A stretch of DNA of 64,000 nt from an uncultured bacterium (GCA_937903605.1 CALCZC010000025.1:67275-131274), one strand, 5' to 3'; positions 9,942 to 20,552 are shown, counted from the first letter of the stretch. The notes: generated from the letters alone by a model not told the origin. A program made the numbers and translations.

Positions 9942-11031
9942 ATATCCCAAAGTTGCCATTGTATATCTTTCATTTCACAGCGAACCGTATATTGATGATG
10001 TGGTATCCGCTTTGAAAAAAACCACTTATCCCAAAGATAAATTGGAGTTTGTTATAGTAGATAATCCACATCCGCAATATGGGCCGTCTGTCAGATTTTT
10101 GAATGAAACAGTAATGCCTTTGTCGGGTAATGAATTGCCACATGTGACAATTTTACCGCAAACAGAAAATCTTGGTTTTGCTGGCGGTAATAATGCGGGG
10201 ATAAATTGGGCATTGGAACAAAACTTTGATTATGTATACTTTCACAATAACGATGGCTTTGTAGCTACTGATTTTTTGGAACCCTTGATTGAAACTATGG
10301 AACAGGATAAAAAAATCGGCATTACCCAATCACTTGTTATGTTGCATCCGGAAACAGAATTGATAAATACTTCCGGCAACACTTTCCAATATCTCGGGAT
10401 AGGCTTTTGTAATGATTTTCGTAAAAAGAGAACGAATATTGATTTAACAAAAAACAAGGAAATTAATTATGCTAGCGGTGCGGCGATGTTGATGAGGGTA
10501 GATTTGTTGAAACAGTTTGGAGTTTGGGATAAAGATTTCTTTTTGTATCATGAAGACGTAGAATACTCTTTTCGTTTGAAAATCGCCGGCTATAAAGTCG
10601 TGGTAGTTCCCAATTCCATCTTCTATCATAAATATTCTTTTTCTCGCAATAAAGAAAAATTTTATTATATTGAACGTAATCGTTACGGAGTGATGTTGAT
10701 GTTTTTTAAATGGCCAACACTTTTGTTGATGTTGCCGATGGGAATCATTTTAGATATTGGTCTACTCTTGTTTGCTTTCAAAAATGGTTGGATAAAAGAA
10801 AAGATGAATGCTTATAAATACTGGCTATCATGGAAAAATTGGCGCTTATGGTTAAAAAAACGCAGTTATGTGCAAAGCATTCGCCAGATCAAAGATAGAG
10901 AATTAATAAAAGACTTAGCGGGCAAAGTTGAATTTGAAGATAAAAGTATCAATAATCCTCTTTTGAAATACATAGGCAATCCGCTGATGAATATCTATTG
11001 GCAAGTAATCAAAAGAATAATTTTTTGGTAA
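9931..11031 (+). CDS. GT2 glycosyltransferase
   Basis: NLGFAGGNN, ASGAAML and FLYHEDVEYS motifs. Confidence 0.9.
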   Translation: MLNKYPKVAIVYLSFHSEPYIDDVVSALKKTTYPKDKLEFVIVDNPHPQYGPSVRFLNETVMPLSGNELPHVTILPQTENLGFAGGNNAGINWALEQNFDYVYFHNNDGFVATDFLEPLIETMEQDKKIGITQSLVMLHPETELINTSGNTFQYLGIGFCNDFRKKRTNIDLTKNKEINYASGAAMLMRVDLLKQFGVWDKDFFLYHEDVEYSFRLKIAGYKVVVVPNSIFYHKYSFSRNKEKFYYIERNRYGVMLMFFKWPTLLLMLPMGIILDIGLLLFAFKNGWIKEKMNAYKYWLSWKNWRLWLKKRSYVQSIRQIKDRELIKDLAGKVEFEDKSINNPLLKYIGNPLMNIYWQVIKRIIFW

Positions 11032-11033
11032 TT

Positions 11034-12128
11034 ATGTCTTTGAAAAAGATTAGAAAAGCTATTTTGACCGGCGGGGGAAGAGCAACCAGACTGCGTCCTA
11101 TAACTTCCACTATTAATAAACATTTGATACCGCTGGCCAATAAACCCATGATTTTTCATGCTATCCAAAAAGTCGTGGATGCTGGCGTGGAAGAAATTTT
11201 TATTAATCTTAATCCCGGAGACACGGAACTTTCTAAATATATTGGTGATGGGGGACATTGGGGAATAAAAATAACTTATTTTGAACAAGAGGGCGGTCCG
11301 CAAGGTGTGGCTCACGTAGTCAAACAAGCGCAAAAGTTTATCGGTAACGATCCATTTATTTTCTTTTTATCCGATAATGTAGTGCTTGGCGATATCAAAC
11401 CGATGGTAGCGGAATTTATGGACAATAAATATGATTGTATGTTGGCCTTATCGGAAGTTCCCAATGCCAAATCTTTTGGCGTGCCGGTTTTTGATGAAAA
11501 CAAAAAATTGATTGATGTTTGGGAAAAGCCGGAAAATCCGCCAAACAATTTTGCAGTGACCGGTATTTATATTTATGGTCCGGATGTTTTTTTCAAAGCA
11601 TTTGATAACATAGAAAAAAGCGCTCGCGGTGAATATGAAATCAGCAGTATCCATTCTCATTTTTTGAAAAATAATTATAAAGTCGGTTACAAAGAAATAA
11701 CCGGTTGGTGGAAAGATACCGGACAAGCTCACGATCTTATTTTGGCCAACAAGTTATTGCTCGATGAATTGAAAGATGAAGAGTTTACCATTCAAGGAAA
11801 AGTGGAAGAGGGTGCAACGCTTACGGAAAAAGTGCATATTGGTGCCGGAACGATTGTCAGAAATGATGTAAAAATAAAAGGCCCTTCTACTATCGGTGAA
11901 AATTGTGTTTTGGAAAATTGTGTTATCGGACCTTATGCGACTATCGGAGGAGGTTGTATGATAAAAAATGCGGAAGTTAACAATTCTATTATTTTAAAAA
12001 ATTGTACTATTGATTGTCCGCTAAAATTCACAGAGAGTATTGTGGGTGAAAAAGCGGAAATAGTGAAAAAAAGAACGGATGAATGCCGAAGGATAATTAT
12101 CGGTGAACAGACGGTGATTGAGGTATAA
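11034..12128 (+). CDS. rmlA: Glucose-1-phosphate thymidylyltransferase, long form
   Basis: GGRATRLRPIT..NKHLIP, EKP, SARGEYEI and WWKDTG motifs; C-terminal hexapeptide beta-helix. Confidence 0.88.
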   Translation: MSLKKIRKAILTGGGRATRLRPITSTINKHLIPLANKPMIFHAIQKVVDAGVEEIFINLNPGDTELSKYIGDGGHWGIKITYFEQEGGPQGVAHVVKQAQKFIGNDPFIFFLSDNVVLGDIKPMVAEFMDNKYDCMLALSEVPNAKSFGVPVFDENKKLIDVWEKPENPPNNFAVTGIYIYGPDVFFKAFDNIEKSARGEYEISSIHSHFLKNNYKVGYKEITGWWKDTGQAHDLILANKLLLDELKDEEFTIQGKVEEGATLTEKVHIGAGTIVRNDVKIKGPSTIGENCVLENCVIGPYATIGGGCMIKNAEVNNSIILKNCTIDCPLKFTESIVGEKAEIVKKRTDECRRIIIGEQTVIEV

Positions 12129-12166
12129 AATAAATATTAGATATTGGATATTGAATATTAAATATT

Positions 12167-12196
12167 AAAAACTCTGAACTTAGTTCAGAGTTTTTT
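12167..12196. terminator. Bidirectional terminator between rmlA and recR
   Basis: AAAAACTCTGAAC-TTA-GTTCAGAGTTTTTT. Confidence 0.75.
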
Positions 12197-12226
12197 GTAG
12201 TCCATAGTTTGTAGACTGAAGTCCAA

Positions 12227-12823
12227 TTACGTTCTGTTTTTCAACGCGCTGATGAGAGTGATTTCATCCGCATACTGTAAATCTGATCCTAGCGGGAGTC
12301 CGCGAGCCAAACGAGTAACTTTCAAATCAGGATTGATTTGCAACAATTCTTTTTTGATATACATCATCGTTGTTTCTCCGGAAAGGTCAGGGGACAGAGC
12401 CAAAATAACTTCTTTTATTTCTTTTTTACTTATTCTTTTTTTCAATTCTTCAATTTTAATTTTAGCGATTTCTGTTTCATCATCATCGGGACTTAGTGTT
12501 CCGCGTAAAACATGGTAAAGTCCACCATACTCATGGGTATTTTCAATAGCTACCAAATCTTGCGGATCAGCTACGACACAGACAACTTCTCTGTTTCTTT
12601 TTGAATCGCTACAAATATGGCAAGGGGAGTTATCATCAAAATTCCAGCACACCTCGCAACTTTTGGTGTTTTGTAACAAGATATCCAAGGCATCGCGCAA
12701 TTCATTGACTTCCTTTTTGCCGGATTTGAGCCAATAAAAAACAAAACGCTCGGCCGTGCGTTGCCCGACCGAGGGTAATTTTTTGAGAGCTTCAATAAGT
12801 TTGTTTATTGAAGAAGAATACAT
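12227..12823 (-). CDS. recR: Recombination protein RecR
   Basis: HhH (LPSVGQRTAER), CxxC-CxxC zinc finger, TOPRIM domain, RLARGLPLG. Confidence 0.97.
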   Translation of the reverse strand: MYSSSINKLIEALKKLPSVGQRTAERFVFYWLKSGKKEVNELRDALDILLQNTKSCEVCWNFDDNSPCHICSDSKRNREVVCVVADPQDLVAIENTHEYGGLYHVLRGTLSPDDDETEIAKIKIEELKKRISKKEIKEVILALSPDLSGETTMMYIKKELLQINPDLKVTRLARGLPLGSDLQYADEITLISALKNRT

Positions 12824-12827
12824 AAAA

Positions 12828-13142
12828 TTATTGATTTCCGCCTCCTAGACCAGGTAAACTGAAGCCGCTTTCTTGCATTTTGCCGGCGATAATTTTTTGG
12901 ATTTTTTTGAGCACATCCGTATGAACATCTTTGATGGCGCTTTCCAATTTTTCTTTTTTATCTGGAGCCATCATATCCGGAGCGATTTTGACTTCCGTAA
13001 TTTGCATATTGCCGTTCATGGTAATACTGACGGTAGAACCGAAATTACTAGCCGTGGCGCTTTCACCGCTTAGACTTTCTTGAAGTTTTTTTCCTTGATC
13101 ACGAAGATCTTTGAACTGTTTTAATTTGGAGAACATGGACAT
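12828..13142 (-). CDS. ybaB: YbaB/EbfC nucleoid-associated protein
   Basis: 104 aa, VSITMNG motif, conserved position upstream of recR. Confidence 0.9.
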   Translation of the reverse strand: MSMFSKLKQFKDLRDQGKKLQESLSGESATASNFGSTVSITMNGNMQITEVKIAPDMMAPDKKEKLESAIKDVHTDVLKKIQKIIAGKMQESGFSLPGLGGGNQ

Positions 13143-13184
13143 AAGTTTGTATTTAAGATTTAAAGATTGAAATATTTAAAGATT

Positions 13185-13247
13185 TACCCCAGTGAAATGG
13201 CGCTTCGCGCCAATTTTTATTAAAATAAAAATTATTTCACGGGGTTA
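13185..13247. repeat. Palindromic element TACCCCAGTGAAAT...ATTTCACGGGGT
   Basis: Inverted ends enclosing two small internal hairpins; abuts the dnaB stop codon. Confidence 0.6.
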
Positions 13248-14723
13248 AAACTGTGGGGCGGGTGGTTCGGCGGAAATAGGTTTATTTACAAAATCACTTT
13301 TTGGTCGCAAACCGGATGAAAATTTATTTTCGGTTTTATTTTCACTGGTAACTCTGGTTTCCAGGTTGCGGAAAGAAGTGCAGTTGGCATTAAAGAGTAG
13401 TTTGACCGTACCGACAGGACCGTTTCTGTGTTTGGCAACGATTATCTCTGCTAAATATTTTTCATCCGGCGGAATTTCTTCCGGACGATAGTTCTTATCG
13501 GCTGATTTACGATAGATGAACATTACCACATCGGCGTCTTGTTCGATAGAACCGGATTCGCGCAAATGAGAAAGTTTCGGGATAGCCGGTTTGCTTTGTT
13601 CAACAACACGAGAGAGCTGAGAAAGAGCGATAACCGGGATATTTAGTTCACGAGCGATACTTTTGAGACCGCGAGTAATTTCGGAAACTTCTTGAACACG
13701 ATTTTCAAAACTACCGCGTGATTCCATCAACTGCAAATAATCGATAACGATCATACCCAAACCGTGTTCAGCTTGCAGTCTTCTGGCTTTGGTGCGTAAT
13801 TGCAAAATATTGTTGTTGGGGGAGTCGTCAATAAAAATCGGAGCTTCCGATAATGTACCGATAGCATGTCCGATACGAGGAAAATCATCATCTTCCGGTC
13901 TGTCGGACAGTTTGCCGTTACGTAATCGCCACAAATCAATATTGGCCTCGGCGCAGATCATACGATCAACGAGTTGTTCCTTACTCATTTCGAGCGAAAA
14001 CATCCCGACCGGAACTTTGAGTTTACCTCCGACGTGACGAACAATATCCATAGCAAAAGACGTTTTACCCACAGATGGACGAGCGGCGATAATTATCAGA
14101 TCTGATTTTTGTAAACCGGCCAACAGTTCATCCATTTCTTTGAATCCGGTTGATAGTCCGCGCAGTTGCCCTTTATTTTTATGCAACTCATCAATACGAT
14201 CAAAAGCGGTGTCCAAGACGCCGCGGATAGGAGTAAAATTTTGTTTGAAATAATTTCCAGAAACTCCGAACAAACTGCGTTGCGCCTCGTCTAATATTTG
14301 TTCCAAATCATCTCTTTCTTCATAACCTAGTCGCGCGATATCCGATGATGATTGGATAAGACGGCGACGGACAGCTTTACGATGAACGATCTGGGCATAA
14401 TGCAGTACATTGGCCGCGGTAGGCACGACATTGCAAAGAGTGGCTAAATACGGTTTTCCACCGACTTCTTCCAATTGATTTTTTTCATTCAAACGGTTAT
14501 CAATAGTCAATAAATCTATAGATTCGTTTTTGGCATAGAGTTCTTGCATGGCTTCATAAATCTTGCCGTGAGAACTTTTATAAAAATCACTTACCTCCAC
14601 AAGATCGGCAATTTTAATCATAGCATCTTTGTCTATAAGTAAAGAGCCGATTAATGACATTTCCGCCTCTACGCTGTGTGGCGGAATTTTATCTATGGAG
14701 TCAAAATTACCCGGAATAGTCAT
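13245..14723 (-). CDS. dnaB: Replicative DNA helicase
   Basis: PPHSVEAE, AARPSVGKT, IDYLQL, SQLSR, LRESGSIEQDAD and KHRNGP motifs. Confidence 0.98.
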   Translation of the reverse strand: MTIPGNFDSIDKIPPHSVEAEMSLIGSLLIDKDAMIKIADLVEVSDFYKSSHGKIYEAMQELYAKNESIDLLTIDNRLNEKNQLEEVGGKPYLATLCNVVPTAANVLHYAQIVHRKAVRRRLIQSSSDIARLGYEERDDLEQILDEAQRSLFGVSGNYFKQNFTPIRGVLDTAFDRIDELHKNKGQLRGLSTGFKEMDELLAGLQKSDLIIIAARPSVGKTSFAMDIVRHVGGKLKVPVGMFSLEMSKEQLVDRMICAEANIDLWRLRNGKLSDRPEDDDFPRIGHAIGTLSEAPIFIDDSPNNNILQLRTKARRLQAEHGLGMIVIDYLQLMESRGSFENRVQEVSEITRGLKSIARELNIPVIALSQLSRVVEQSKPAIPKLSHLRESGSIEQDADVVMFIYRKSADKNYRPEEIPPDEKYLAEIIVAKHRNGPVGTVKLLFNANCTSFRNLETRVTSENKTENKFSSGLRPKSDFVNKPISAEPPAPQF

Positions 14724-14843
14724 ATTGTTTTTTAGTTATTTTATCTTAACTAAAAAGATTGAAATTGGCAAGCGGGGAGGGGTGCGTTTTGCGGATAACC
14801 TGTTGATGAAATGTGATTAAAAAACCGCCCCCTAAGGAGCGGT

Positions 14844-15602
14844 TCAAGAACGAGCGTTTAATTTACTAATAAGCGACCGGTAGGCAAACGGTGCGCTCAA
14901 AATGATAAAAAAAGAACCAAGTAAGGAAAAATTGCTTTCCGGGTTGGGATAAGCCAGGATAAAAGCGCCCAAACCGCACATTTCCAGTAAAAATTTGATT
15001 TTTCCGGACATGCCGGCTTTTATCAAACACTTACTATCGTTGTTAGCGGAAAATTTTTTATAATCTTGCCAACGAACAATAGCGAGCCAAATTTCTACTG
15101 GCACAATCAAGGTCAAACTACTGAAAGCGAGTGCTGGATAAAATATTCCCGTGTTTGTAAAATCCATCAGGAAAATCAAAGGAACAATCAAACAAACAAA
15201 GAAAACCTTATCCATGAGCGCGTCAATGGCTGCGCCGAATTCGGTCAGCATTTTTCTGCTTCTGGCCAAAAGTCCGTCCACTGAATCAAGATAAGCGGCA
15301 AAAACAAACAGGACAAAGGCTGGAATCTGGAAATCAAGCAACAGCAGGATAAGTACGGGTAGAAACAAAAAAGCGCGAAAAACAGAAATGCCGTTGGGCG
15401 TGACCCAAGGGGGAAAGATTTTTCCAACGATTTTTTCCATTACGAAATTGTATCGCTGGTAAAAAGCCTTGAAAGATTTTTCAAAGAACTCAAAGGTTGC
15501 AAAGACCACTACCAGCAAGAAATCCCAAAGTCTTTTGTACAACAGGTACGGATCATAATCCACTACCGGCTGGAAAAGCATAAGGCAGTTAGTCTGACGC
15601 AT
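14844..15602 (-). CDS. CDP-alcohol phosphatidyltransferase family protein
   Basis: TPNGIS and D-x2-DG-x2-AR-x8-G-x3-D-x3-D motif. Confidence 0.88.
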   Translation of the reverse strand: MRQTNCLMLFQPVVDYDPYLLYKRLWDFLLVVVFATFEFFEKSFKAFYQRYNFVMEKIVGKIFPPWVTPNGISVFRAFLFLPVLILLLLDFQIPAFVLFVFAAYLDSVDGLLARSRKMLTEFGAAIDALMDKVFFVCLIVPLIFLMDFTNTGIFYPALAFSSLTLIVPVEIWLAIVRWQDYKKFSANNDSKCLIKAGMSGKIKFLLEMCGLGAFILAYPNPESNFSLLGSFFIILSAPFAYRSLISKLNARS

Positions 15603-15684
15603 TTTGTACCTCCTTTTAGTTTATTTTCACAAAAACACTACAATACTTTGCTTTTTTTGTCAACTTTGTTATAATTCAAATAAT

Positions 15685-17784
15685 ATGTTAAAGGTAGTAA
15701 AAAATTTGCTTGTTATAGCTATTTTTTCTCTGTTTTCGGGGTTTATTTTTACATATCAGCCAGGCTGGTTTTTTGGGCTGATTTTTTTATTATTTTTTGT
15801 TTTTTATTATGCCAAAGATGGATATCTACTGCTTGAACGCGTGTTTGATTTTCCACAAAATTCTTTTTTAAGTCGTTTTTTTGGCATGCTCACAGTTTTT
15901 TGGTTATTGGTTATAGTCGGCGGTTTTCTGATTTTAATCAAAATACCGATTTTTTATTTGAGCATTTTGGTTTTACCGGTGACAGCCGGGTTTTTGGAAA
16001 TTTTATTGAGTTTATCGCGATGGCGAAAAAAAAGAGAAAATGAAACAGAAGTTTTTGCGCAAAAACAAGAAACAGTCTTGCCTAGCTCTACTTCTTTTTT
16101 AGCTGCGGTTTTACTGTTGATGGCCGGGGCTTTTTATGTTTTGGTGCGTCATCAAACTGGAGATGAAATTTTGACTCCCTGGTCGGTTTTGCCGGATTAT
16201 TATCCTTATTTGTATTTATTGATTTATCTAGGTTTGGGATTGCTTATTTTTACCAACAATCATGCCAAGACTTTACTGATTTTGTTTTTCGTTTTTTCTC
16301 TGTTATGTCATTTTGATTTGAGTTTAACACACCAACTGGTTTATGGCGCGGATTATTGGCGACATTTGGGTACGCAAAATCAGATTTTACAAGGTGGGGG
16401 AGTCGTGGTGCAAAATTTTGCGGAAAATCCGAGTTTGATTGAAAAAATAAACTTCGGACTTTATTCTTATCTCGGGTTTTGGGGATTAAACGTTATTTTG
16501 AATTTATTTACCGGGTTTGATTTTTTGACTTTGGGGAAATTTGTCGGCCCAATACTTTGGTCTTTGTTTGTGCCGGTTTTGTTTTACGCGCTGGGGCGGG
16601 TTTTGAGTTTGTCCAAACGTTTATCGCTATTTTTGGTTTGGTTGTCTTTTATCCCGAGCGCCTTGCTTATCAGCGGTTCGTTTTCACTGCCTGCTACTTT
16701 GCATTTTATTTTCTGGCTTTTTTCGTTGACACTTTTGTTAAAAGCAAATTTAAAAGAAAACAGAAGCCAATTTTGGGGACTGCTTTTTGTCGGTCTGCTA
16801 CTTCTAAGCGGTTATCTGCTTTATGCCATAATTTTCTTTTTGGCTTTGGGGTTGAAATTATTAAACACATTGGACATCAAAAATCGCCTGGCTGATATCG
16901 TAATTTGGTTTTCAGCCGGCATTGGCGGAATTTTATTTTTGCCGCTATTGGAAATCCTATCCGGATATTCGCAATTATCTTTCAAAAGCGATATTTTTTC
17001 CGCCATCAAACAGTTTGTCGGCAATCTGACCGGATATTATTTTGTTTTTGGTCCGCGACCGCATACCATCGCAACCGGAAATATTCTTTTCAACCAAACT
17101 CCTGATTATGCTTTTGTCAGTAATGGTTTGACTGCCTGGTCGGGTTGGATGTTGTTTGTTGCGATTATATTTATTGGTTTGGCGATTTACGGATTATATA
17201 AATTTTTTGTAGAAGAAAAAGAAAAACGTTGGTTGGGGATTTTATTTATCGGATTATTTGGCGGGTATTTTATTTCTCGATATTTACTCAATGGTGAAAA
17301 TATTTTGGCTCGTCGACTAGATACTGTCCTCTCTACAGGCTTGATAATATTTTTTGTTTACGGAATTTCTTATTTACAACAATATTTTTCTCACCGAAGC
17401 GTCACTGTGTTTACGGTTATTATCTTGGCGATTTTTGGTTCTGCGATTTATACACTCGGACCGGTCAGTAAAGCGGTCTCATTTCAAGAATATTTGGATT
17501 ACACAGATATTGCTTTTCAGCTCAAAGATGAAAACAAATATTGCGTCATCGCTGATCCATATAATCTTACCGTGCTTGAAGGGGTTTCTACCAAGCAGAT
17601 AGTCGGTGGAGGTTTTCCAATAAAGGGAGATTTTTCGCAAATAGAATTGCAAACAGTACTCAAAGATTTGGAAGAGGGAAGAGATAAAAATCAGATTATT
17701 GCAGAAGCGAAACAAATCACCGGCGCGAAGAATTGTTTTGTGGTCGAAAAAAACGAGAGTGGTGTTAAAATGATAAAATTTTGA
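15685..17784 (+). CDS. Large polytopic membrane protein (possibly GT-C fold)
   Basis: About 700 aa with many TM segments and a GADYWRH loop; ATG at 15685 preferred. Confidence 0.7.
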   Translation: MLKVVKNLLVIAIFSLFSGFIFTYQPGWFFGLIFLLFFVFYYAKDGYLLLERVFDFPQNSFLSRFFGMLTVFWLLVIVGGFLILIKIPIFYLSILVLPVTAGFLEILLSLSRWRKKRENETEVFAQKQETVLPSSTSFLAAVLLLMAGAFYVLVRHQTGDEILTPWSVLPDYYPYLYLLIYLGLGLLIFTNNHAKTLLILFFVFSLLCHFDLSLTHQLVYGADYWRHLGTQNQILQGGGVVVQNFAENPSLIEKINFGLYSYLGFWGLNVILNLFTGFDFLTLGKFVGPILWSLFVPVLFYALGRVLSLSKRLSLFLVWLSFIPSALLISGSFSLPATLHFIFWLFSLTLLLKANLKENRSQFWGLLFVGLLLLSGYLLYAIIFFLALGLKLLNTLDIKNRLADIVIWFSAGIGGILFLPLLEILSGYSQLSFKSDIFSAIKQFVGNLTGYYFVFGPRPHTIATGNILFNQTPDYAFVSNGLTAWSGWMLFVAIIFIGLAIYGLYKFFVEEKEKRWLGILFIGLFGGYFISRYLLNGENILARRLDTVLSTGLIIFFVYGISYLQQYFSHRSVTVFTVIILAIFGSAIYTLGPVSKAVSFQEYLDYTDIAFQLKDENKYCVIADPYNLTVLEGVSTKQIVGGGFPIKGDFSQIELQTVLKDLEEGRDKNQIIAEAKQITGAKNCFVVEKNESGVKMIKF

Positions 17785-17861
17785 GATATTGAATATTAAA
17801 TATTGAATATTATTTTTATTTACGACTAATATCCAGTATTCAATATTCAGTATTTATTTTT

Positions 17862-18101
17862 ATGTCTTTTTTTGTCTACATTCTAAAGTGTTCCGACAAA
17901 ACTCTCTACACCGGTATTACCACCGACCTGAAACGCCGTATTGACGAACATAATTTTTCTGATTTGGGCGCCAAATACACCCGCGCGCGCCGTCCAGTCA
18001 AACTTGTTTGGTCAAAAAAGTTCAAAACCAGATCTTCCGCCGCGCGGATGGAGTATAAAATCAAACAGTTAAGCAGAGAAGAAAAATTAAAATTACTCTA
18101 G
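17862..18101 (+). CDS. Small GIY-YIG nuclease (UPF0213/YhbQ-like)
   Basis: FVYIL..LYTGIT.DL.RR..EH, GAKYTR.RRPV and E.KIK motifs. Confidence 0.92.
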   Translation: MSFFVYILKCSDKTLYTGITTDLKRRIDEHNFSDLGAKYTRARRPVKLVWSKKFKTRSSAARMEYKIKQLSREEKLKLL

Positions 18102-18103
18102 AT

Positions 18104-18152
18104 TGTCATCCTTGCACCCGTCAAGCGGGTATAAACTACAGCAGGGATCCAG
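18104..18152 (+). repeat. TGTCAT-tagged REP-like hairpin with loop insert
   Basis: TGTCATCCTTGC-[ACCCGTCAAGCGGGTATAAACTACA]-GCAGGGATCCAG; near-identical copy at 20744-20792. Confidence 0.85.
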
Positions 18153-18197
18153 GAAATAATTATAAAAAAGCTCGCCTGAAAATGGCGAGTTTTTGTT

Positions 18198-18285
18198 CCC
18201 CTCTCTTTTTTAAGAGAGAGCTTGTCCGTCCGTAGTCCGGCGTAGTCTTAACGGAGCCTGGACGAAGGCGGAGGTTAGGGGAGAG
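18198..18285. repeat. Composite nested palindromic element
   Basis: Outer CCCCTCTCTT..AAGAGAG..GGTTAGGGGAGAG encloses CTTGTCCGTCCGTAG..CGAAGGCGGA, which encloses TCCGGCGTAG..GAGCCTGGA. A related unit lies at 23585-23614. Confidence 0.6.
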
Positions 18286-18302
18286 TCTCTAAAAAATTTG
18301 TA

Positions 18303-18331
18303 TTGAAGAAAATGTAAAAAAAGAGTAAAAT
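18303..18331 (+). promoter_or_regulatory. Module promoter TTGAAG-17-TAAAAT
   Basis: Same architecture recurs at 19366, 23799, 24748 and 28121. Confidence 0.7.
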
Positions 18332-18364
18332 ATATTTGTTTTATATTAAAACATTATTAAATAT

Positions 18365-19204
18365 ATGGAGGAAAAAAATAAATTAGTGGTTTTGTTTGAA
18401 GATAATCCAGTACGTCGTTTATGGGATGAAAAAGAGGAGAAGTGGTATTTCAGCGTAGTGGATATTATTCAAATTTTAACTGGTAGTGTAGATGCGCGCG
18501 ATTATTGGTTTAAGATGAAAAAACGTGTTAAAAGTGACGATGGAATTGAGTTGTCGACAATTTGTCGTCAACTGAAATTAACAGCCAAAGATGGTAAAAA
18601 ATACTTGACAGATACGGCCAATATTGAAGGATTATTTCGTATTATTCAATCTGTCCCATCACCCAAAGCCGAACCAATAAAGCTTTGGCTAGCGCGTGTT
18701 GGTTATGAGCGCATGCAAGAAACTGTTGATCCGGAAAAATCTATCAATCGCGGTAGAAAAAATTGGCAAAGAATGGGGCGAAGTCAAAAATGGATTCAAC
18801 AAAGAATGATGGGGCAAGAAATAAGAAATAAATTGACGGATTATTGGAAAGATAATGAAGTAAAAGAAAAAGATGAATATGCGATTTTGACAAATATTAT
18901 TCATCAAGAATGGAGTGATTTGACGGTTAAAGAACACAAAAATTTAAAAGGTTTGAAAGTTCAAAATTTACGTGATCATATGACAGATGCGGAATTGGTT
19001 TTTACCGCATTGGCAGAATTATCCACGCGACAAATAGCTGAAACGATGCGAACCAAAGGTTTGGAAGAAAATAAAATTCCGGCACAAAAAGGCGGACGAA
19101 TTGCCAAAAATGCGCGATTGGAATTGGAAGAAAAAACGGGGAAAAAAGTGGTGACAAAAAACAATTTTCTCAAAAACATAGAAAACAGAAAAAGAATAAA
19201 ATAA
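18365..19204 (+). CDS. BRO-N domain protein (phage antirepressor-like)
   Basis: VRRLWD..EEKWYFSVVD, KLTAKDGK, RIIQSVPSPKAEPIKLWLA and NLRDHMT motifs. Confidence 0.88.
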   Translation: MEEKNKLVVLFEDNPVRRLWDEKEEKWYFSVVDIIQILTGSVDARDYWFKMKKRVKSDDGIELSTICRQLKLTAKDGKKYLTDTANIEGLFRIIQSVPSPKAEPIKLWLARVGYERMQETVDPEKSINRGRKNWQRMGRSQKWIQQRMMGQEIRNKLTDYWKDNEVKEKDEYAILTNIIHQEWSDLTVKEHKNLKGLKVQNLRDHMTDAELVFTALAELSTRQIAETMRTKGLEENKIPAQKGGRIAKNARLELEEKTGKKVVTKNNFLKNIENRKRIK

Positions 19205-19224
19205 AAAAACCAAACAATAATTTC

Positions 19225-19252
19225 AACACTTCAGCCTATAGGTTGAAGTGTT
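19225..19252. repeat. Module-boundary palindrome, copy 1
   Basis: AACACTTCAGCCTATAGGTTGAAGTGTT. Confidence 0.9.
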
Positions 19253-19365
19253 TTTATTTTCTTTGTTTTAGCAAAAATAAGTTGATTTATTTATTAGTAT
19301 AAATTTTAGTATTGCATTCGTATTATTAGTAAAATTAGTATATTGGTATCAATCAAAAAATTCAG

Positions 19366-19394
19366 TTGAATTTTTTAGGGAAAGAGAGTAAAAT
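19366..19394 (+). promoter_or_regulatory. Module promoter TTGAAT-17-TAAAAT
   Basis: 17-nt spacer ending GGGAAAGAGAG. Confidence 0.7.
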
Positions 19395-19418
19395 AAAGGC
19401 ATTAGTTGTTATAAAATT

Positions 19419-20402
19419 ATGAAGAAAAAAGTAAAAAACAATCAAGTTATTATTTATCAAGCCAAAAATGGAGCGATTGAGCTTCGGGGTGATAATTCCC
19501 GTGAGACTTTTTGGGCCACACAAGCGCAAATAGCGCGGTTGTTTGATGTTACTCCTCAAAATGTGACATTGCACTTAAATAATATCTATAAAGACAAAGA
19601 GCTTGAAATGTCGACAACTTGTAAGGAATCCTTACAAGTTCAAATCGAAGGGAAAAGAGAAATTAAAAGAACCGTTAAGTTTTATAACCTTGATGCGATT
19701 ATTGCTGTCGGCTATCGTATAAATTCCGTCTTGGGAACAAATTTTCGTATTTGGGCGACAAAGACTCTTCGTGGATATATTATCAACGGTTTTGTTATAA
19801 ATCGTAAACAAATATCGGTTCATTATTCGCAATTTTTGGAAGCTGTAGAAAATATCAAACAAATATTACCTGGAGCCGGAAATATAGATCAAAATAGTGT
19901 TTTGGAATTGATTTCCGCTTTTGCCAATACTTGGTTATCTCTGGAAGCTTATGATAAAGATAAAATGGTCAGCACCGGAAATACCAAAAAATCAGTAGTG
20001 ATAACCGCGGACAAATTAAAAAAAGCGTTGGGTGATTTCAAAAACGAGTTATTGAAGAAAGGCGAAGCAACGGAAATTTTCGGACAAGAAAAACACAGAG
20101 ATGCCGTAGGAAGTATTGTCGGTAATGTGATGCAATCGTTTGGCGGTAAATCGCTTTACGCAACCGTAGAAGAAAAAGCGGCCCATCTTCTTTATTTTTT
20201 GGTTAAAGATCATCCGTTTACAGACGGAAACAAACGAAGCGGTGCTTTCGCTTTTGTTTGGTTTTTGAAAAAAGCCGGTTTGCTTGATTCTTCCAAAATC
20301 ACTCCGCCCGCGCTCACGGCTATAACGCTTTTTATCGCTGAAAGCAATCCAAAACAAAAAGATAAGATGATTAAATTAGTTTTACAATTATTAAAAAAAT
20401 GA
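19419..20402 (+). CDS. RhuM-family domain fused to Fic/Doc domain
   Basis: N-terminal W.TQ.QIA.LF and YNLDAIIAVGYRINS; C-terminal HPFTDGNKRSG Fic motif. Confidence 0.92.
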   Translation: MKKKVKNNQVIIYQAKNGAIELRGDNSRETFWATQAQIARLFDVTPQNVTLHLNNIYKDKELEMSTTCKESLQVQIEGKREIKRTVKFYNLDAIIAVGYRINSVLGTNFRIWATKTLRGYIINGFVINRKQISVHYSQFLEAVENIKQILPGAGNIDQNSVLELISAFANTWLSLEAYDKDKMVSTGNTKKSVVITADKLKKALGDFKNELLKKGEATEIFGQEKHRDAVGSIVGNVMQSFGGKSLYATVEEKAAHLLYFLVKDHPFTDGNKRSGAFAFVWFLKKAGLLDSSKITPPALTAITLFIAESNPKQKDKMIKLVLQLLKK

Positions 20403-20409
20403 TATCCTG

Positions 20410-20527
20410 TGTCATCCTGAACGCAATGAAGGATCTGTAAATAAAACAGGACTTTGAATCAAATAATTTATTTTTTTGCAGACCTGCCTGCCGGCAGGCA
20501 GGTTCTTCGCTTGCGCTCAGAATGACA
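20410..20527. repeat. Inverted pair of TGTCAT REPs; second copy carries a CCTGCCTGCCGGCAGGCAGG insert
   Basis: 20410-20437 TGTCATCCTGAACGCAATGAAGGATCTG; reverse copy at 20479-20527 with the insert at 20483-20502. Confidence 0.85.
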
Positions 20528-20552
20528 AATTATACTAAATTTAGCCAAATTT